Source: Candidatus Pacearchaeota archaeon | GTDB taxonomy: Archaea; Nanobdellota; Nanobdellia; Pacearchaeales; GW2011-AR1 | Assembly (NCBI GenBank): GCA_050303855.1 | Contig: JBNLCO010000006.1 | Span: 1,820 to 65,819 of the forward strand | Length of the DNA stretch: 64,000 bases | Direction of reading: 5' to 3' | In this document: positions 27,409 through 36,799 of the stretch, piece by piece | How the letters are laid out: each line of letters begins with the position of its first letter | How positions within the stretch are numbered: the stretch's first letter is position 1 | Translations under genes and position numbers: made by a program | The notes under the pieces: generated by a model | Told to the model about the DNA's origin: nothing | The model's database searches: none | What the model saw: only the letters and a program-made list of their open reading frames with translations

Positions 27409-28872
27409 TTGCCTTATTTCCTAATGGCAGGCAAAAAGTCCCAAGAAGGATTAACAATAAAAAAAGAAGAAAGTTTCACAGAATGGTTCACTCAATTAAT
27501 GATTAAATCTGAATTGGCAGATTATTCCTCTGTTTCGGGATGTATTATATTTAGACCTCTATCCTACCAACTATGGGAAAAAATAAAAGCCTCTTGTGAC
27601 GAAGAATTCAAAAAAATAGGATTAAAAAATTGTTACTTCCCACTATTTATACCAGAAAAATCTTTCGAGAAAGAAGCAGAACATGTAGAAGGTTTCGCTC
27701 CAGAAGTAGCTTGGGTTACCCAAGCAGGAAACACAAAATTAAGTGAAAAACTTGCAATCCGTCCAACATCAGAATCAATCATGTACGAATCGTATTCCAA
27801 ATGGATAAGAAGCTGGAGAGATCTACCTTTATTACTAAACCAATGGTGTAATGTAGTTCGTTGGGAATTTAACAACCCCGTACCTTTCTTTAGAACAAGG
27901 GAATTTTTATGGAACGAAATACATACTGCATTTGCAACTGAAAAAGAAGCTATAGAACATGGAAATAAAGTAATGAAAGCATACAACAAAATAACTCAAG
28001 ATCTAATGGCTCTGCCCGGAATCCAAGGAAGGAAAACAGATAATGAGAAATTTGCCGGAGCAGTATTCACAGAAAAGGTCCACCACTATCTTGAAAACGG
28101 GAGAATAATTGAAGGAACTTGTTTCCACTATGACGGACAAAATTTTGCAAAAGCCTATGACATAAAATTCAAAGACAAAAATGAAAAAGATCAATTAGTA
28201 CACCAAAATACCCATGCAATTACAACAAGAATGCTTGGAACAATGTTAGCAATGCATTCTGATGATAAAGGGTTAGTCATCCCCCCAAGAATTGCAGAAA
28301 ATAAAATCGTAATAGTTCCAATAATTATCAAAGGAAAAGAAAAACAAGTCATAAAGAAATCTGAAGAAATAAATAAGGTCTTAAAGAAATTCAACCCAAT
28401 CTTAGACTCAAGAGAAGAATATTCTCCAGGAAGAAAGTTCTCAGAATGGGAGTTAAAAGGGGTGCCCATAAGAATTGAAATTGGACCAAAAGACCTAGAA
28501 AAGAATTCAGTAACACTTGTAAAAAGAAACACTCTTGAAAAAAACCAAATAAAAATATCCAACCTATCAAAAAAAATACCAGAAATACTAGAAGAAATGC
28601 AAAGGGAACTTTATTCCAAAGCAGAAGAAATCTTAAAAAATTCAATTGAGAAAACAGAAAATAAAAAAGAACTCATAAAACTCATAAAAAATAAAAAGAT
28701 GGTAAAAATACCAATGTGTGATTCAGAAAAATGTGAATCAAAATTAAAAGAAGAAACCAATGGTGCAAAAACATTATTCTTGGATCCAAAAAACGAGCCC
28801 TTAAAGAATTCCAAATGTATGTTCTGTGACAGCAAACCTTCTTATTGGGTCTACGTAGGTAAAACATACTAA
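27409..28872 (+). CDS. proS: Prolyl-tRNA synthetase (archaeal/eukaryotic type).
   Basis: Class II motifs and a C-terminal zinc-binding tail ending CMFCDSKPSYWVYVGKTY (terminal Tyr). Archaeal-type ProRS length. Confidence 0.85.
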   Translation: MPYFLMAGKKSQEGLTIKKEESFTEWFTQLMIKSELADYSSVSGCIIFRPLSYQLWEKIKASCDEEFKKIGLKNCYFPLFIPEKSFEKEAEHVEGFAPEVAWVTQAGNTKLSEKLAIRPTSESIMYESYSKWIRSWRDLPLLLNQWCNVVRWEFNNPVPFFRTREFLWNEIHTAFATEKEAIEHGNKVMKAYNKITQDLMALPGIQGRKTDNEKFAGAVFTEKVHHYLENGRIIEGTCFHYDGQNFAKAYDIKFKDKNEKDQLVHQNTHAITTRMLGTMLAMHSDDKGLVIPPRIAENKIVIVPIIIKGKEKQVIKKSEEINKVLKKFNPILDSREEYSPGRKFSEWELKGVPIRIEIGPKDLEKNSVTLVKRNTLEKNQIKISNLSKKIPEILEEMQRELYSKAEEILKNSIEKTENKKELIKLIKNKKMVKIPMCDSEKCESKLKEETNGAKTLFLDPKNEPLKNSKCMFCDSKPSYWVYVGKTY

Positions 28873-29201
28873 AAACTACCTAAGAATAAGCGCGTTAAGC
28901 TCATCTTCCAACCGAAGAGTTGATTCTAGCAATTTGCTCAACTCACCTTCTACATATTCTTTTTCCATTCTTTGTTTCGAGGCCATTTTAATTGATAACC
29001 CAAAACCAACAATGAATTACTTTTCAAGCTTAAGAAGAAACCGATACTCTCATTCAACTCAAGCCTTAAAGCCGAATTACATTGAGAGTCTTAGTTTAAT
29101 AAATGAAGTGCAGACTAAGTAATTCATAGGATTCCATGCCTTACAATGTCCGAAATTCATATAAAATCTAAGAGCCTCAACCTTATAAATATTTCTAAAA
29201 A

Positions 29202-30314
29202 TCAAAGTTTTCTTCCAAAACTAATTTTCTCTCTTAAATTATAAAGTTCTTCTTTAAAGAAGTCAACCATGCCCTCACTCTGGAAAATTCTAAGCAAATC
29301 TTCATAACGAGCAGATAAAATTTTACCAAGAGTTCCAAAATGAGCAACAAGAGAATCAATATAACGTTCAGGGATATTGGTCTTCTTAAGTATTCTTAAT
29401 CCCCTAGGAAAAATTTTCATATCGTAAACTTCATCAAAAAGTATATCCGAAATATCCTGAGTTTCTAAAAGAGAATCAAGATCCATTTCCCCCAAAAGTT
29501 GCTCTATTTTAGAATGATTTGAAGCAAAATAATCTCTTAAAACAAGGTCTTCTTCACGATCTAATCCCTGAGTAAGATTTCTTAATCTAGAACTAACAAT
29601 AACTCCCTCTTTACCAAGTTCAATAAGATACTTCTTTATCACAGAAGAGATTCTCTTAAGAATTTCAAAATTTTGAATCACCTTAGAAACATCGTTAACA
29701 GTAACCATCTTCTGCAATTCTAAAACGTTAAGATCTAAAACAGATTCGTTAAGACTTTCTCTCTGTTTCTCAAGTATTTGCATATTTTCTGAAGCTCTTC
29801 TTAAAACCTCTGAAGATTTTCTAAGTTCATGCCTTTTATCTCCATAATAAAGTGTAATCTTTCTCTTCCTTTCGGATATTGCAACAATTATTGAACCTGT
29901 TTGTTTTGAAGTTCTTTCAGCAGCCTTATGCCTAGTTCCAGTCTCACGAGTTGGAATTTGAGGATCAGGAGCAAGAAGAGTGTTTGCGTAAAGGATCTTT
30001 TTAACATCTCCAGATAAAACAATTGCACCATCCATTTTAGCAAGCTCAACAAGTTTCTGAGGGGAAAACTTAGAATAAATCTTGAAACCCTTTTCAACCA
30101 CAGAAGAAACCCTTCCATTATCAATAACAATCAAAGCTCCCATCTCTGCATTAAGTAAATCATCTAATGCCGCTCGAATAGATGTGCCCGGAGCAACCAT
30201 CTTCAAAACATCAAAAAAATCCTTCTGATCAAAATCTATTTTAATTGAATCCTTATTAGGAACAAAAAGATCCTCAACATTCTCTTTTTTCTCTTCAGGT
30301 TCGGCCATGCACAA
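29202..30314 (-). CDS. dacZ: Diadenylate cyclase (c-di-AMP synthase), DacZ/DisA_N-like.
   Basis: DAC-domain motifs GALIVID, DGAIVL, TGTRHKAAERTSKQTG (RHR-like) and IVAISERK, plus a C-terminal helical region. Confidence 0.7.
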   Translation of the reverse strand: MCMAEPEEKKENVEDLFVPNKDSIKIDFDQKDFFDVLKMVAPGTSIRAALDDLLNAEMGALIVIDNGRVSSVVEKGFKIYSKFSPQKLVELAKMDGAIVLSGDVKKILYANTLLAPDPQIPTRETGTRHKAAERTSKQTGSIIVAISERKRKITLYYGDKRHELRKSSEVLRRASENMQILEKQRESLNESVLDLNVLELQKMVTVNDVSKVIQNFEILKRISSVIKKYLIELGKEGVIVSSRLRNLTQGLDREEDLVLRDYFASNHSKIEQLLGEMDLDSLLETQDISDILFDEVYDMKIFPRGLRILKKTNIPERYIDSLVAHFGTLGKILSARYEDLLRIFQSEGMVDFFKEELYNLREKISFGRKL

Positions 30315-30362
30315 TCCATAAAGAAGAAATATTTAAGCTTTTATGAGAAATATAACAATTAC

Positions 30363-31391
30363 TCAACAAAAACACTTTGCAACCAACAAAGGAAACAAAA
30401 TCGTCGCATCCCCATAAACCTTTACTCTCTTAGATTCAGGAGTTAATTTACCCCAAGAAACAGCCTCTTCAGGAACAGCACCTGCATCACTACCGTCAAA
30501 CTCCTGAGCATTATTTATATAAACAGCATAATCTGCACCATTTCTATATAAATGTGCATTAAGTATAGCATGTTTAATTATTCCTGCTCCCAAAATTAAA
30601 ACCCCTGATTTTTTTAAACCAGAAGTAGATTCATTAAGCATCTTTGTCTCTTCCGCAATATCAATCTTGAAGTCCGGATGTTTATATTTAAAGAAATAAA
30701 CCATATCTCCAAAACTTCCATCAAGAATAGCCGGACAATAAATAGGAAGTTTATTCTTCCAAGCCCAGTATGAAATACTTTTCTCGTCGTTTATTTTCTC
30801 CCCAAATTTCCAGATTATTTCATAAGGTGTGTAGACTTTTCCAGTTTCTTTTTGTTCAGCATAAATTTCTTCAAGAACAGGCATAGTAAATTCCTCAAAT
30901 TTAATGTAATTGTTATTTGGAACAAGAAGATTTCCAATCCTATTTATTGCCTTTTCTCTCAATTCCTTACCCGGAAGCCTAAAATCACCCAAAACAGTAT
31001 CTCCCAAGCATTTTATTATATCTTCCTCAAATCCTCCCCCACTTGTAACACAAACATTAATTTTCTTATTCTGTACAAGATAACGAATAACCTCTCTCAA
31101 ACCAGAACTAACCATATTTGATGTATATCCCAAGTAAATATTTGATTTTGATTCCACCATTTCTTTAACAATCTCTATAGCCTTAGATAGGTGAGATGCC
31201 TGGAAACCCATATTTGAAAAGTTATCAATTAACTTATCATAATCAACACCTTCGTTAAAGTCATAACCTTCTATAATTGCTCCTCCTATCTTATCACTTT
31301 CCTTAAGTATACTATCTCTAGCAATATCATCTGTAGCCATATTTTCCCGACATAAGGTACGTATATAAGGTTTTCTAAATATATGTTCCAA
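30363..31391 (-). CDS. dys: Deoxyhypusine synthase.
   Basis: Family-typical blocks (GGAIIEGYDFNEGVDYDKLI ... SGLREVIRYLVQNKKINVCVTSGGGFEEDIIK ... GDSDAGA). Confidence 0.8.
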   Translation of the reverse strand: MEHIFRKPYIRTLCRENMATDDIARDSILKESDKIGGAIIEGYDFNEGVDYDKLIDNFSNMGFQASHLSKAIEIVKEMVESKSNIYLGYTSNMVSSGLREVIRYLVQNKKINVCVTSGGGFEEDIIKCLGDTVLGDFRLPGKELREKAINRIGNLLVPNNNYIKFEEFTMPVLEEIYAEQKETGKVYTPYEIIWKFGEKINDEKSISYWAWKNKLPIYCPAILDGSFGDMVYFFKYKHPDFKIDIAEETKMLNESTSGLKKSGVLILGAGIIKHAILNAHLYRNGADYAVYINNAQEFDGSDAGAVPEEAVSWGKLTPESKRVKVYGDATILFPLLVAKCFC

Positions 31392-31430
31392 AACAAAAAT
31401 CTTTTAAAATGAAGAAACCAAAAGATTAGT

Positions 31431-31616
31431 ATGAATAAACTACTACAAATATTAATCGGACTAATTCTCCTTCTAGGAGGAATTTACGTCTGGGGACTGA
31501 ATTTCTTTAGTTTCGGAGAAGCCGCATTAAATTTCCTTAAGGGAGGAATAATGTGGATAGTTCTATTGATCGGATTAGTTCTAGTTGTTGTAGGAATAAG
31601 TGGACTTAGAGAGTAA
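31431..31616 (+). CDS. Small two-helix membrane protein, 61 aa.
   Basis: Two hydrophobic segments. Confidence 0.35.
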   Translation: MNKLLQILIGLILLLGGIYVWGLNFFSFGEAALNFLKGGIMWIVLLIGLVLVVVGISGLRE

Positions 31617-31619
31617 AAA

Positions 31620-32234
31620 TTATTTTAAAGAAATAAAAAATCCTTCTATTAACGCAGCTATTATTAAAAGCGGCAAAACAATAAAGACAAAAACTCTCAA
31701 ACCTTCCCAAAGATATCTCCTAAAAGATTCTGATTTATTCTTCTGAAGAACAAAACTACCCAACCTCAGACCCAATCCCATCGAAATAAAAACTGCTGGA
31801 AGTTCAAAAATTCCATGTGGGACAAGACTCAATAAAGAAGAAATCCCAGATTGATCAACAGCTAGGGAAGCCACAAAACCTAAAACATAACCATTAAGGA
31901 GAGCTACAAAAAAAGGAAAAATCCCAAATAAAAATCCAAAAAACAAGGAAAAGAAACTGCTCCTAAGATTATTCCAGAAAATAAAATTAGACATACGTAA
32001 AAAACCGTAACCAGAAGTCATCTCTATTAAGTCTTTAAAATAATTTAATATTTTATCTGAAATTTCATCAGGCGTCTTAACAAAAAATCCAATAAAAGCA
32101 AAAACAAAAAAGATTACAAGAATAGCATAAACAAAATTCTTAGATTCCTTCAAATAATTCCAACTCTTAATGTATTGATCCTTAAAAGAGAATTCCCCTC
32201 TTTTTTTGTCTACCTTTGTTTTAACCATTATCAA
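31620..32234 (-). CDS. SpoIIM/DUF95-family membrane protein.
   Basis: Topology and motifs (FIFWNNLRSSF...NGYVLGF...HGIFELPAV) resemble the stage II sporulation protein M family. Confidence 0.5.
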   Translation of the reverse strand: MIMVKTKVDKKRGEFSFKDQYIKSWNYLKESKNFVYAILVIFFVFAFIGFFVKTPDEISDKILNYFKDLIEMTSGYGFLRMSNFIFWNNLRSSFFSLFFGFLFGIFPFFVALLNGYVLGFVASLAVDQSGISSLLSLVPHGIFELPAVFISMGLGLRLGSFVLQKNKSESFRRYLWEGLRVFVFIVLPLLIIAALIEGFFISLK

Positions 32235-32905
32235 ACAAAGTGCTTCCTAATATAAGAAGTTTTCCTCTTGAATTTATTTCTTAAGTATAATCCATAAACT
32301 AGTCCCGCAATAAGTCCTCCAAGATGAGCAACATTTCCAATAGGAACATTACCCAAGATAGAAATAATCCAAAGCAAAGCCAACAAACCAGGGGCAGCAT
32401 ATTTCAACTTAATAGGTATTGGTACAAACATAACATAAACAGGGAGGTTAGGCGTAAGCAAAACTAACAAACCAACCAGACCAAATAACGCCCCTGAAGC
32501 CCCAACTGCATAAGTATTCAAATCAATACCAAAGAACAAAGCAGTCAAAACAAACAACAAACCTGCAAAAATACCCGAAATAAAATAAAACCAAAGGTAT
32601 CTCTTTTTTCCTATAAGCTTCTCTACAAGGGATCCGACAAAGAATAAAGAAAGCATATTAACAAACAAATGGAAAAAACCACCATGCATAAACATACTAG
32701 TAATAAAAGTCCAAAGATATTTTCCAGTAAGAATATTTGAAGGCTTAATTGCTATCGAATCAATCGATAAAACTTTTAAAGAAAGAAGAGAAGTAAAAAT
32801 AATAAATGCTAAAACATTGATAAAAATAATCCAAGTGTTTAAACTAAAATTAAATTTCTTTTTCCTCTCAGGAGCATTAATCGTATATACATAAGCCATA
32901 ATCAA
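32231..32905 (-). CDS. Rhomboid-family intramembrane serine protease.
   Basis: GASGALFGL (catalytic Ser) and a downstream HLGGLIAG (catalytic His). Six TM helices. Confidence 0.8.
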   Translation of the reverse strand: MIMAYVYTINAPERKKKFNFSLNTWIIFINVLAFIIFTSLLSLKVLSIDSIAIKPSNILTGKYLWTFITSMFMHGGFFHLFVNMLSLFFVGSLVEKLIGKKRYLWFYFISGIFAGLLFVLTALFFGIDLNTYAVGASGALFGLVGLLVLLTPNLPVYVMFVPIPIKLKYAAPGLLALLWIISILGNVPIGNVAHLGGLIAGLVYGLYLRNKFKRKTSYIRKHFV

Positions 32906-32931
32906 TTAAAAACAAACAATTGTTATAAAGT

Positions 32932-33708
32932 TTACTTAGACTTCTTCTTTATAGTCTTTTTCTTAACTGCCTTTTTCTTAACGGTTTTTTTAGGAGTTTT
33001 CTTCTTAGTAGATTTCTTTTTTACAGTCTTTTTCTTAACTGTTTTTTTTGCCGCATCTCTAATTGCCTTCTTAACAGCTTTCTTCTTAGCCAACTCCTTC
33101 TCAACTTTTTTCCTCTGCCTTTCTCTCTCTTTTCCGATTTTCTGATTTTCAATTTCAATTTCAGCATCAATTAAATCCATCTTTTCATTAAGTTTGTCCA
33201 TATTTCTCCTGAAATCCTTAACCAACTTAGAGTTATCTTTAAGAGAGAGAATATCCCCACATTCTGGGCAGGTAAATTCTATATTCATTGCATTATCCTC
33301 GTTAAACTCTAAATTACACCTCTCACAAATGTAGAATGTTTTTGTCTCCCTACTATTAACCTGGTTCTCAAATTGGTCCAGTCTCTTTTGAGTATAAGAT
33401 TTCAAAAACTCCAAAGCTTTCAAAACTTCAATTTTCCAAAAATAAGTATACCATCCTTTCTTCTTATCTTTCTTCCTAATAGAACTAACAAATCCAAAAT
33501 CAGAAATCTTATACAAAATGTTTCTAGTTTGATTGATGGTCAAGTCAAGTTTCTTTGCTATAACAAACTCATTAACATGCTTAGAACTATGAAGTAAATC
33601 TACAATAGGTTCAGCGGGTTTTCCGGCGGTGATAACAACGACTTCTCTTAGAAAATCTTTAAGCATTTTAAATCCAATTTTAACCGAAATAAATACTTTT
33701 CGGTCCAA
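32932..33708 (-). CDS. tfe: Transcription factor E (TFIIE-alpha homologue) with a lysine-rich repeat tail.
   Basis: N-terminal winged helix. Zn ribbon CERC...CPECG. C-terminal (A/T)VKKK repeats (KKAVKKAIRDAAKKTVKKKTVKKKSTKKKTPKKTVKKKAVKKKTIKKKSK) that resemble the histone H1 C-tail. Confidence 0.75.
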   Translation of the reverse strand: MDRKVFISVKIGFKMLKDFLREVVVITAGKPAEPIVDLLHSSKHVNEFVIAKKLDLTINQTRNILYKISDFGFVSSIRKKDKKKGWYTYFWKIEVLKALEFLKSYTQKRLDQFENQVNSRETKTFYICERCNLEFNEDNAMNIEFTCPECGDILSLKDNSKLVKDFRRNMDKLNEKMDLIDAEIEIENQKIGKERERQRKKVEKELAKKKAVKKAIRDAAKKTVKKKTVKKKSTKKKTPKKTVKKKAVKKKTIKKKSK

Positions 33709-33782
33709 AAGAAAAATAAATAAAGTTTTTAAACCTATATTCTTTCATATATACATTAAAAAGAATATTTAAAAGAGGTCAA

Positions 33783-34388
33783 ATGGGATTGTTTAAGAAA
33801 AAAGAGGACAAAAAACCGTCGGCGAATGCCAGACAAGATTCTGCTCCAAGGTTACCAGAGTTGCCAAAATTACCTTCTCTTCCCGAGATGGGAGAAGAGT
33901 TAGATGAAAACATGGAACTTCCAAAGTTACCCAGTTTCCCAAATAGTTCTACAGGGGACAAATTTTCTCAGAACACGATCAAGGAAGCCGTTGCTGGGGA
34001 AAAAGAGGTGACAGAGGAATACGCAGATGACTCCATGAATATGGAAGAAGATCAAATGATGCCAAATACTCTGCAAGAAGAACCAGAAATGCGGGCTCCT
34101 TCAAAAAGAGAGATGCCTTCAAGGATAAATAACCCTATTCAAGTAAGATCACAGTACACTCAAAACAAAACACAAGGTCCCGTTTTCATAAGACTAGATA
34201 AATTTGAAGACAGCCTTGAAATATTTAAAGAAGCAAAAGAACAAATATCAGAAATACAAGACCTTCTTAACGACATAAAAGAATTAAAACAAAAAGAAGA
34301 GTCTGAATTAAATGATTGGGAAAACCAAATCCAGGAAATTAAAAATCAAATAGACAAAGTAGACCAGGATATTTTCTCAAAAATATAA
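33783..34388 (+). CDS. Hypothetical protein with LP(E/K)LPS proline repeats and a C-terminal coiled coil.
   Basis: RLPELPKLPSLPE and ELPKLPSFP repeats. Acidic middle region. C-terminal heptad-rich segment. Confidence 0.4.
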   Translation: MGLFKKKEDKKPSANARQDSAPRLPELPKLPSLPEMGEELDENMELPKLPSFPNSSTGDKFSQNTIKEAVAGEKEVTEEYADDSMNMEEDQMMPNTLQEEPEMRAPSKREMPSRINNPIQVRSQYTQNKTQGPVFIRLDKFEDSLEIFKEAKEQISEIQDLLNDIKELKQKEESELNDWENQIQEIKNQIDKVDQDIFSKI

Positions 34389-34390
34389 TA

Positions 34391-34780
34391 ATGAAAAAAG
34401 AAAAAAAACCGGCAAACGACGAGATAATACATATAAAATTAAATTATCAGGAAGCAATTAAATCTAAGAAAGATATTCTTGAAACACAGAGAAATTTGAT
34501 TCAGCTTCTAAGAACAGTTAAAAGATTCCATTTAATAAGAATAGAGGAACTAAAATTTAAATTAATGCTTCTAAAAAGAATAAAAGAAACAAAAACAAAT
34601 ATATCTAAACTGAACAAGACTCTTCCAAAAATAAAGATACCAGACATAATTAAAGAAAACGTTGAAGAACTACATAAAAAGAAGGAAAAGAAAGAGGATA
34701 TCTTTGGACAAGATATGACTCAAAGCGATATTGAAAAAGAACTTATGGAATTACAGATAAAGCTAAAACAGCTTGAATAG
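34391..34780 (+). CDS. Hypothetical coiled-coil protein, 129 aa.
   Basis: Lys/Glu-rich helical sequence. Start is 3 nt after the upstream stop. Confidence 0.4.
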   Translation: MKKEKKPANDEIIHIKLNYQEAIKSKKDILETQRNLIQLLRTVKRFHLIRIEELKFKLMLLKRIKETKTNISKLNKTLPKIKIPDIIKENVEELHKKKEKKEDIFGQDMTQSDIEKELMELQIKLKQLE

Positions 34781-34823
34781 TTCTTTACACAAATCTTTTT
34801 ATACATGAAAATTATAGATAATC

Positions 34824-35039
34824 ATGAGCAATGAATATAGTCTAGAATATTTAAGAGAAAAACATAAAGACGTGATTGAAAATCCAGCAATAAAAAAAGT
34901 TCTAAAGTATAAAATATATGATCCAAATCAAGAAGAAACAAATTTCAAAGAATGTATAGAAAATGCGACAAAGAATGCAAAATCCCATCTTGATGCTTTG
35001 CTAAGGAAGATCCCAAACTCTCAAGAAAACAATTTTTAA
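34824..35039 (+). CDS. Hypothetical small protein, 71 aa.
   Basis: The ORF alone. Confidence 0.3.
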   Translation: MSNEYSLEYLREKHKDVIENPAIKKVLKYKIYDPNQEETNFKECIENATKNAKSHLDALLRKIPNSQENNF

Positions 35040-35063
35040 AAACTCTCTAGCTCTTGAATAATC

Positions 35064-36797
35064 ATGGTTACACGATCAGAATTAATAAAAAAGTATATAG
35101 AATTCTTCAAAAAGAAAAAACATCAACATATTCCTAGCGCAAGCCTAATACCCGAAAATGATCCCACTGTGCTATTTACTACAGCAGGAATGCACCCTTT
35201 AGTACCATTTCTTTTAGGCCAAAAACACCCTCTAGGTAAGAGATTAGTTTCTGTACAGAAATGCATCCGTACAGGAGACATAGAGGAAGTAGGAGACACA
35301 ACGCACCATACTTTCTTTGAGATGCTTGGAAATTGGTCTTTAGGAGATTACTTTAAAGAGGAGTCAATAAAATATTCATTTGAATTCCTTACAGAAGAAC
35401 TAAACATATCTCCCAAAGAAATTTATGTAACGTGTTTTAAAGGAGACAAAGACGCTCCAAAGGACACTCTATCAGAAAAAACATGGAAATCACTCGGGAT
35501 AAAGAATATCAAGTTCTTAGGAAAAAAAGATAACTGGTGGGGCCCTGCAGGGCAAACAGGACCATGTGGGCCAGACACAGAGATTTTTGTAAACAAGGTA
35601 GAAATATGGAATAATGTATTCATGGAATACAATAAGAATTCCCAGGGAAAATTCACACAATTACAACAAAAAAATGTTGACACTGGAATGGGGGTAGAAA
35701 GAACATTAGCAATTTTAAATAATCTAAATGATAACTACCTTACAGATATGTTCAAACCAATAATAAGCGAAATAGAAAAGATATCCAAAAAAGACTACTC
35801 CAAATCAAACCAAGAAGAAAAAAGGTATATGAGGATTATTGCAGATCATATAAGAACAGCCACATTTATTTTGGGAGATGATAAACAAATAGTGCCTTCA
35901 AACGCAGATCAAGGATACGTATTAAGAAGATTAATACGTAGAGCAATAAGGTATGGGAAAAAATTAAACATCCGAGAAAAGAACTTCCTCTCAAAAATAG
36001 CAAAAATAATAATAAGAGAATACACAGATCACCAAGAATTAAAAAGAAACCATAAAAGGATAATAAAAGAATTAGATCAAGAAGAGGAAAAATTTTTACA
36101 AACACTCGAAAAAGGTCTTAAAAAATTCGAACAGATGTCTAAAGATAATTTAATATCAGGAAAAGAAGCATTTTTACTATTCCAGTCTTACGGATTCCCA
36201 ATTGAAATGACCGAAGAACTAACAAATGAAAAAGGAATAAAAATAGACTTAGAAGAATACAATATTGAATTCAAAAAACACCAGGATTTATCAAGGACAG
36301 CATCAGAAGGGAAGTTTAAATCAGGCCTAGCAGATAATTCAGAACAAACAAGAAAGCTCCATACAGCAACACATTTACTTAATGAAACCCTAAGGTTCGT
36401 ACTCAAAGATAAAAACATAAAACAACGTGGATCAAACATAACTCCCGAAAGATTAAGATTTGACTTCACCTTTCCCCGAAAAATAACCCCCGAAGAAATA
36501 ACTGAAATTGAAGAAAAGATGAACGAAATAATCCAATCAGGATTAGAAATAACAAGAGAAGAAATCCCTTTGGAAGAGGCAGTTAAATCTGGAGCACAAT
36601 CCGAATTTGGAACAAAATATCCTGAAATGGTATCTGTATACACAATACACAAACCAAATAATTCAAAAGACTGGTATTCAAAAGAGATTTGCACAGGGCC
36701 CCACGTAAACAACACTAAAGAACTAGGAAAATTCAAAATAAAAAAAGAAGAATCTTCAAGTGCAGGAATAAGAAGAATAAAAGCTATTTTAGAATAA
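35064..36797 (+). CDS. alaS: Alanyl-tRNA synthetase, compact form with catalytic and editing domains and no C-Ala domain.
   Basis: FTTAGMHP, QKCIRTGD and HHTFFEMLGNWSLGDYFK are bacterial/eukaryotic-type AlaRS catalytic motifs. Editing-domain zinc motifs HTATHLL (HxxxH) and CTGPHV (CxxxH). Terminal GIRRI. Only 577 aa. Confidence 0.8.
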   Translation: MVTRSELIKKYIEFFKKKKHQHIPSASLIPENDPTVLFTTAGMHPLVPFLLGQKHPLGKRLVSVQKCIRTGDIEEVGDTTHHTFFEMLGNWSLGDYFKEESIKYSFEFLTEELNISPKEIYVTCFKGDKDAPKDTLSEKTWKSLGIKNIKFLGKKDNWWGPAGQTGPCGPDTEIFVNKVEIWNNVFMEYNKNSQGKFTQLQQKNVDTGMGVERTLAILNNLNDNYLTDMFKPIISEIEKISKKDYSKSNQEEKRYMRIIADHIRTATFILGDDKQIVPSNADQGYVLRRLIRRAIRYGKKLNIREKNFLSKIAKIIIREYTDHQELKRNHKRIIKELDQEEEKFLQTLEKGLKKFEQMSKDNLISGKEAFLLFQSYGFPIEMTEELTNEKGIKIDLEEYNIEFKKHQDLSRTASEGKFKSGLADNSEQTRKLHTATHLLNETLRFVLKDKNIKQRGSNITPERLRFDFTFPRKITPEEITEIEEKMNEIIQSGLEITREEIPLEEAVKSGAQSEFGTKYPEMVSVYTIHKPNNSKDWYSKEICTGPHVNNTKELGKFKIKKEESSSAGIRRIKAILE

Positions 36798-36799
36798 AA

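Noticed and set aside
28873-29201. Possible RNase P RNA or SRP RNA in the long intergenic region
   Set aside because: The conserved P4 GGAAAGUCC-type motif is absent, as is the SRP domain IV motif. It is kept only as a low-interest structured region.
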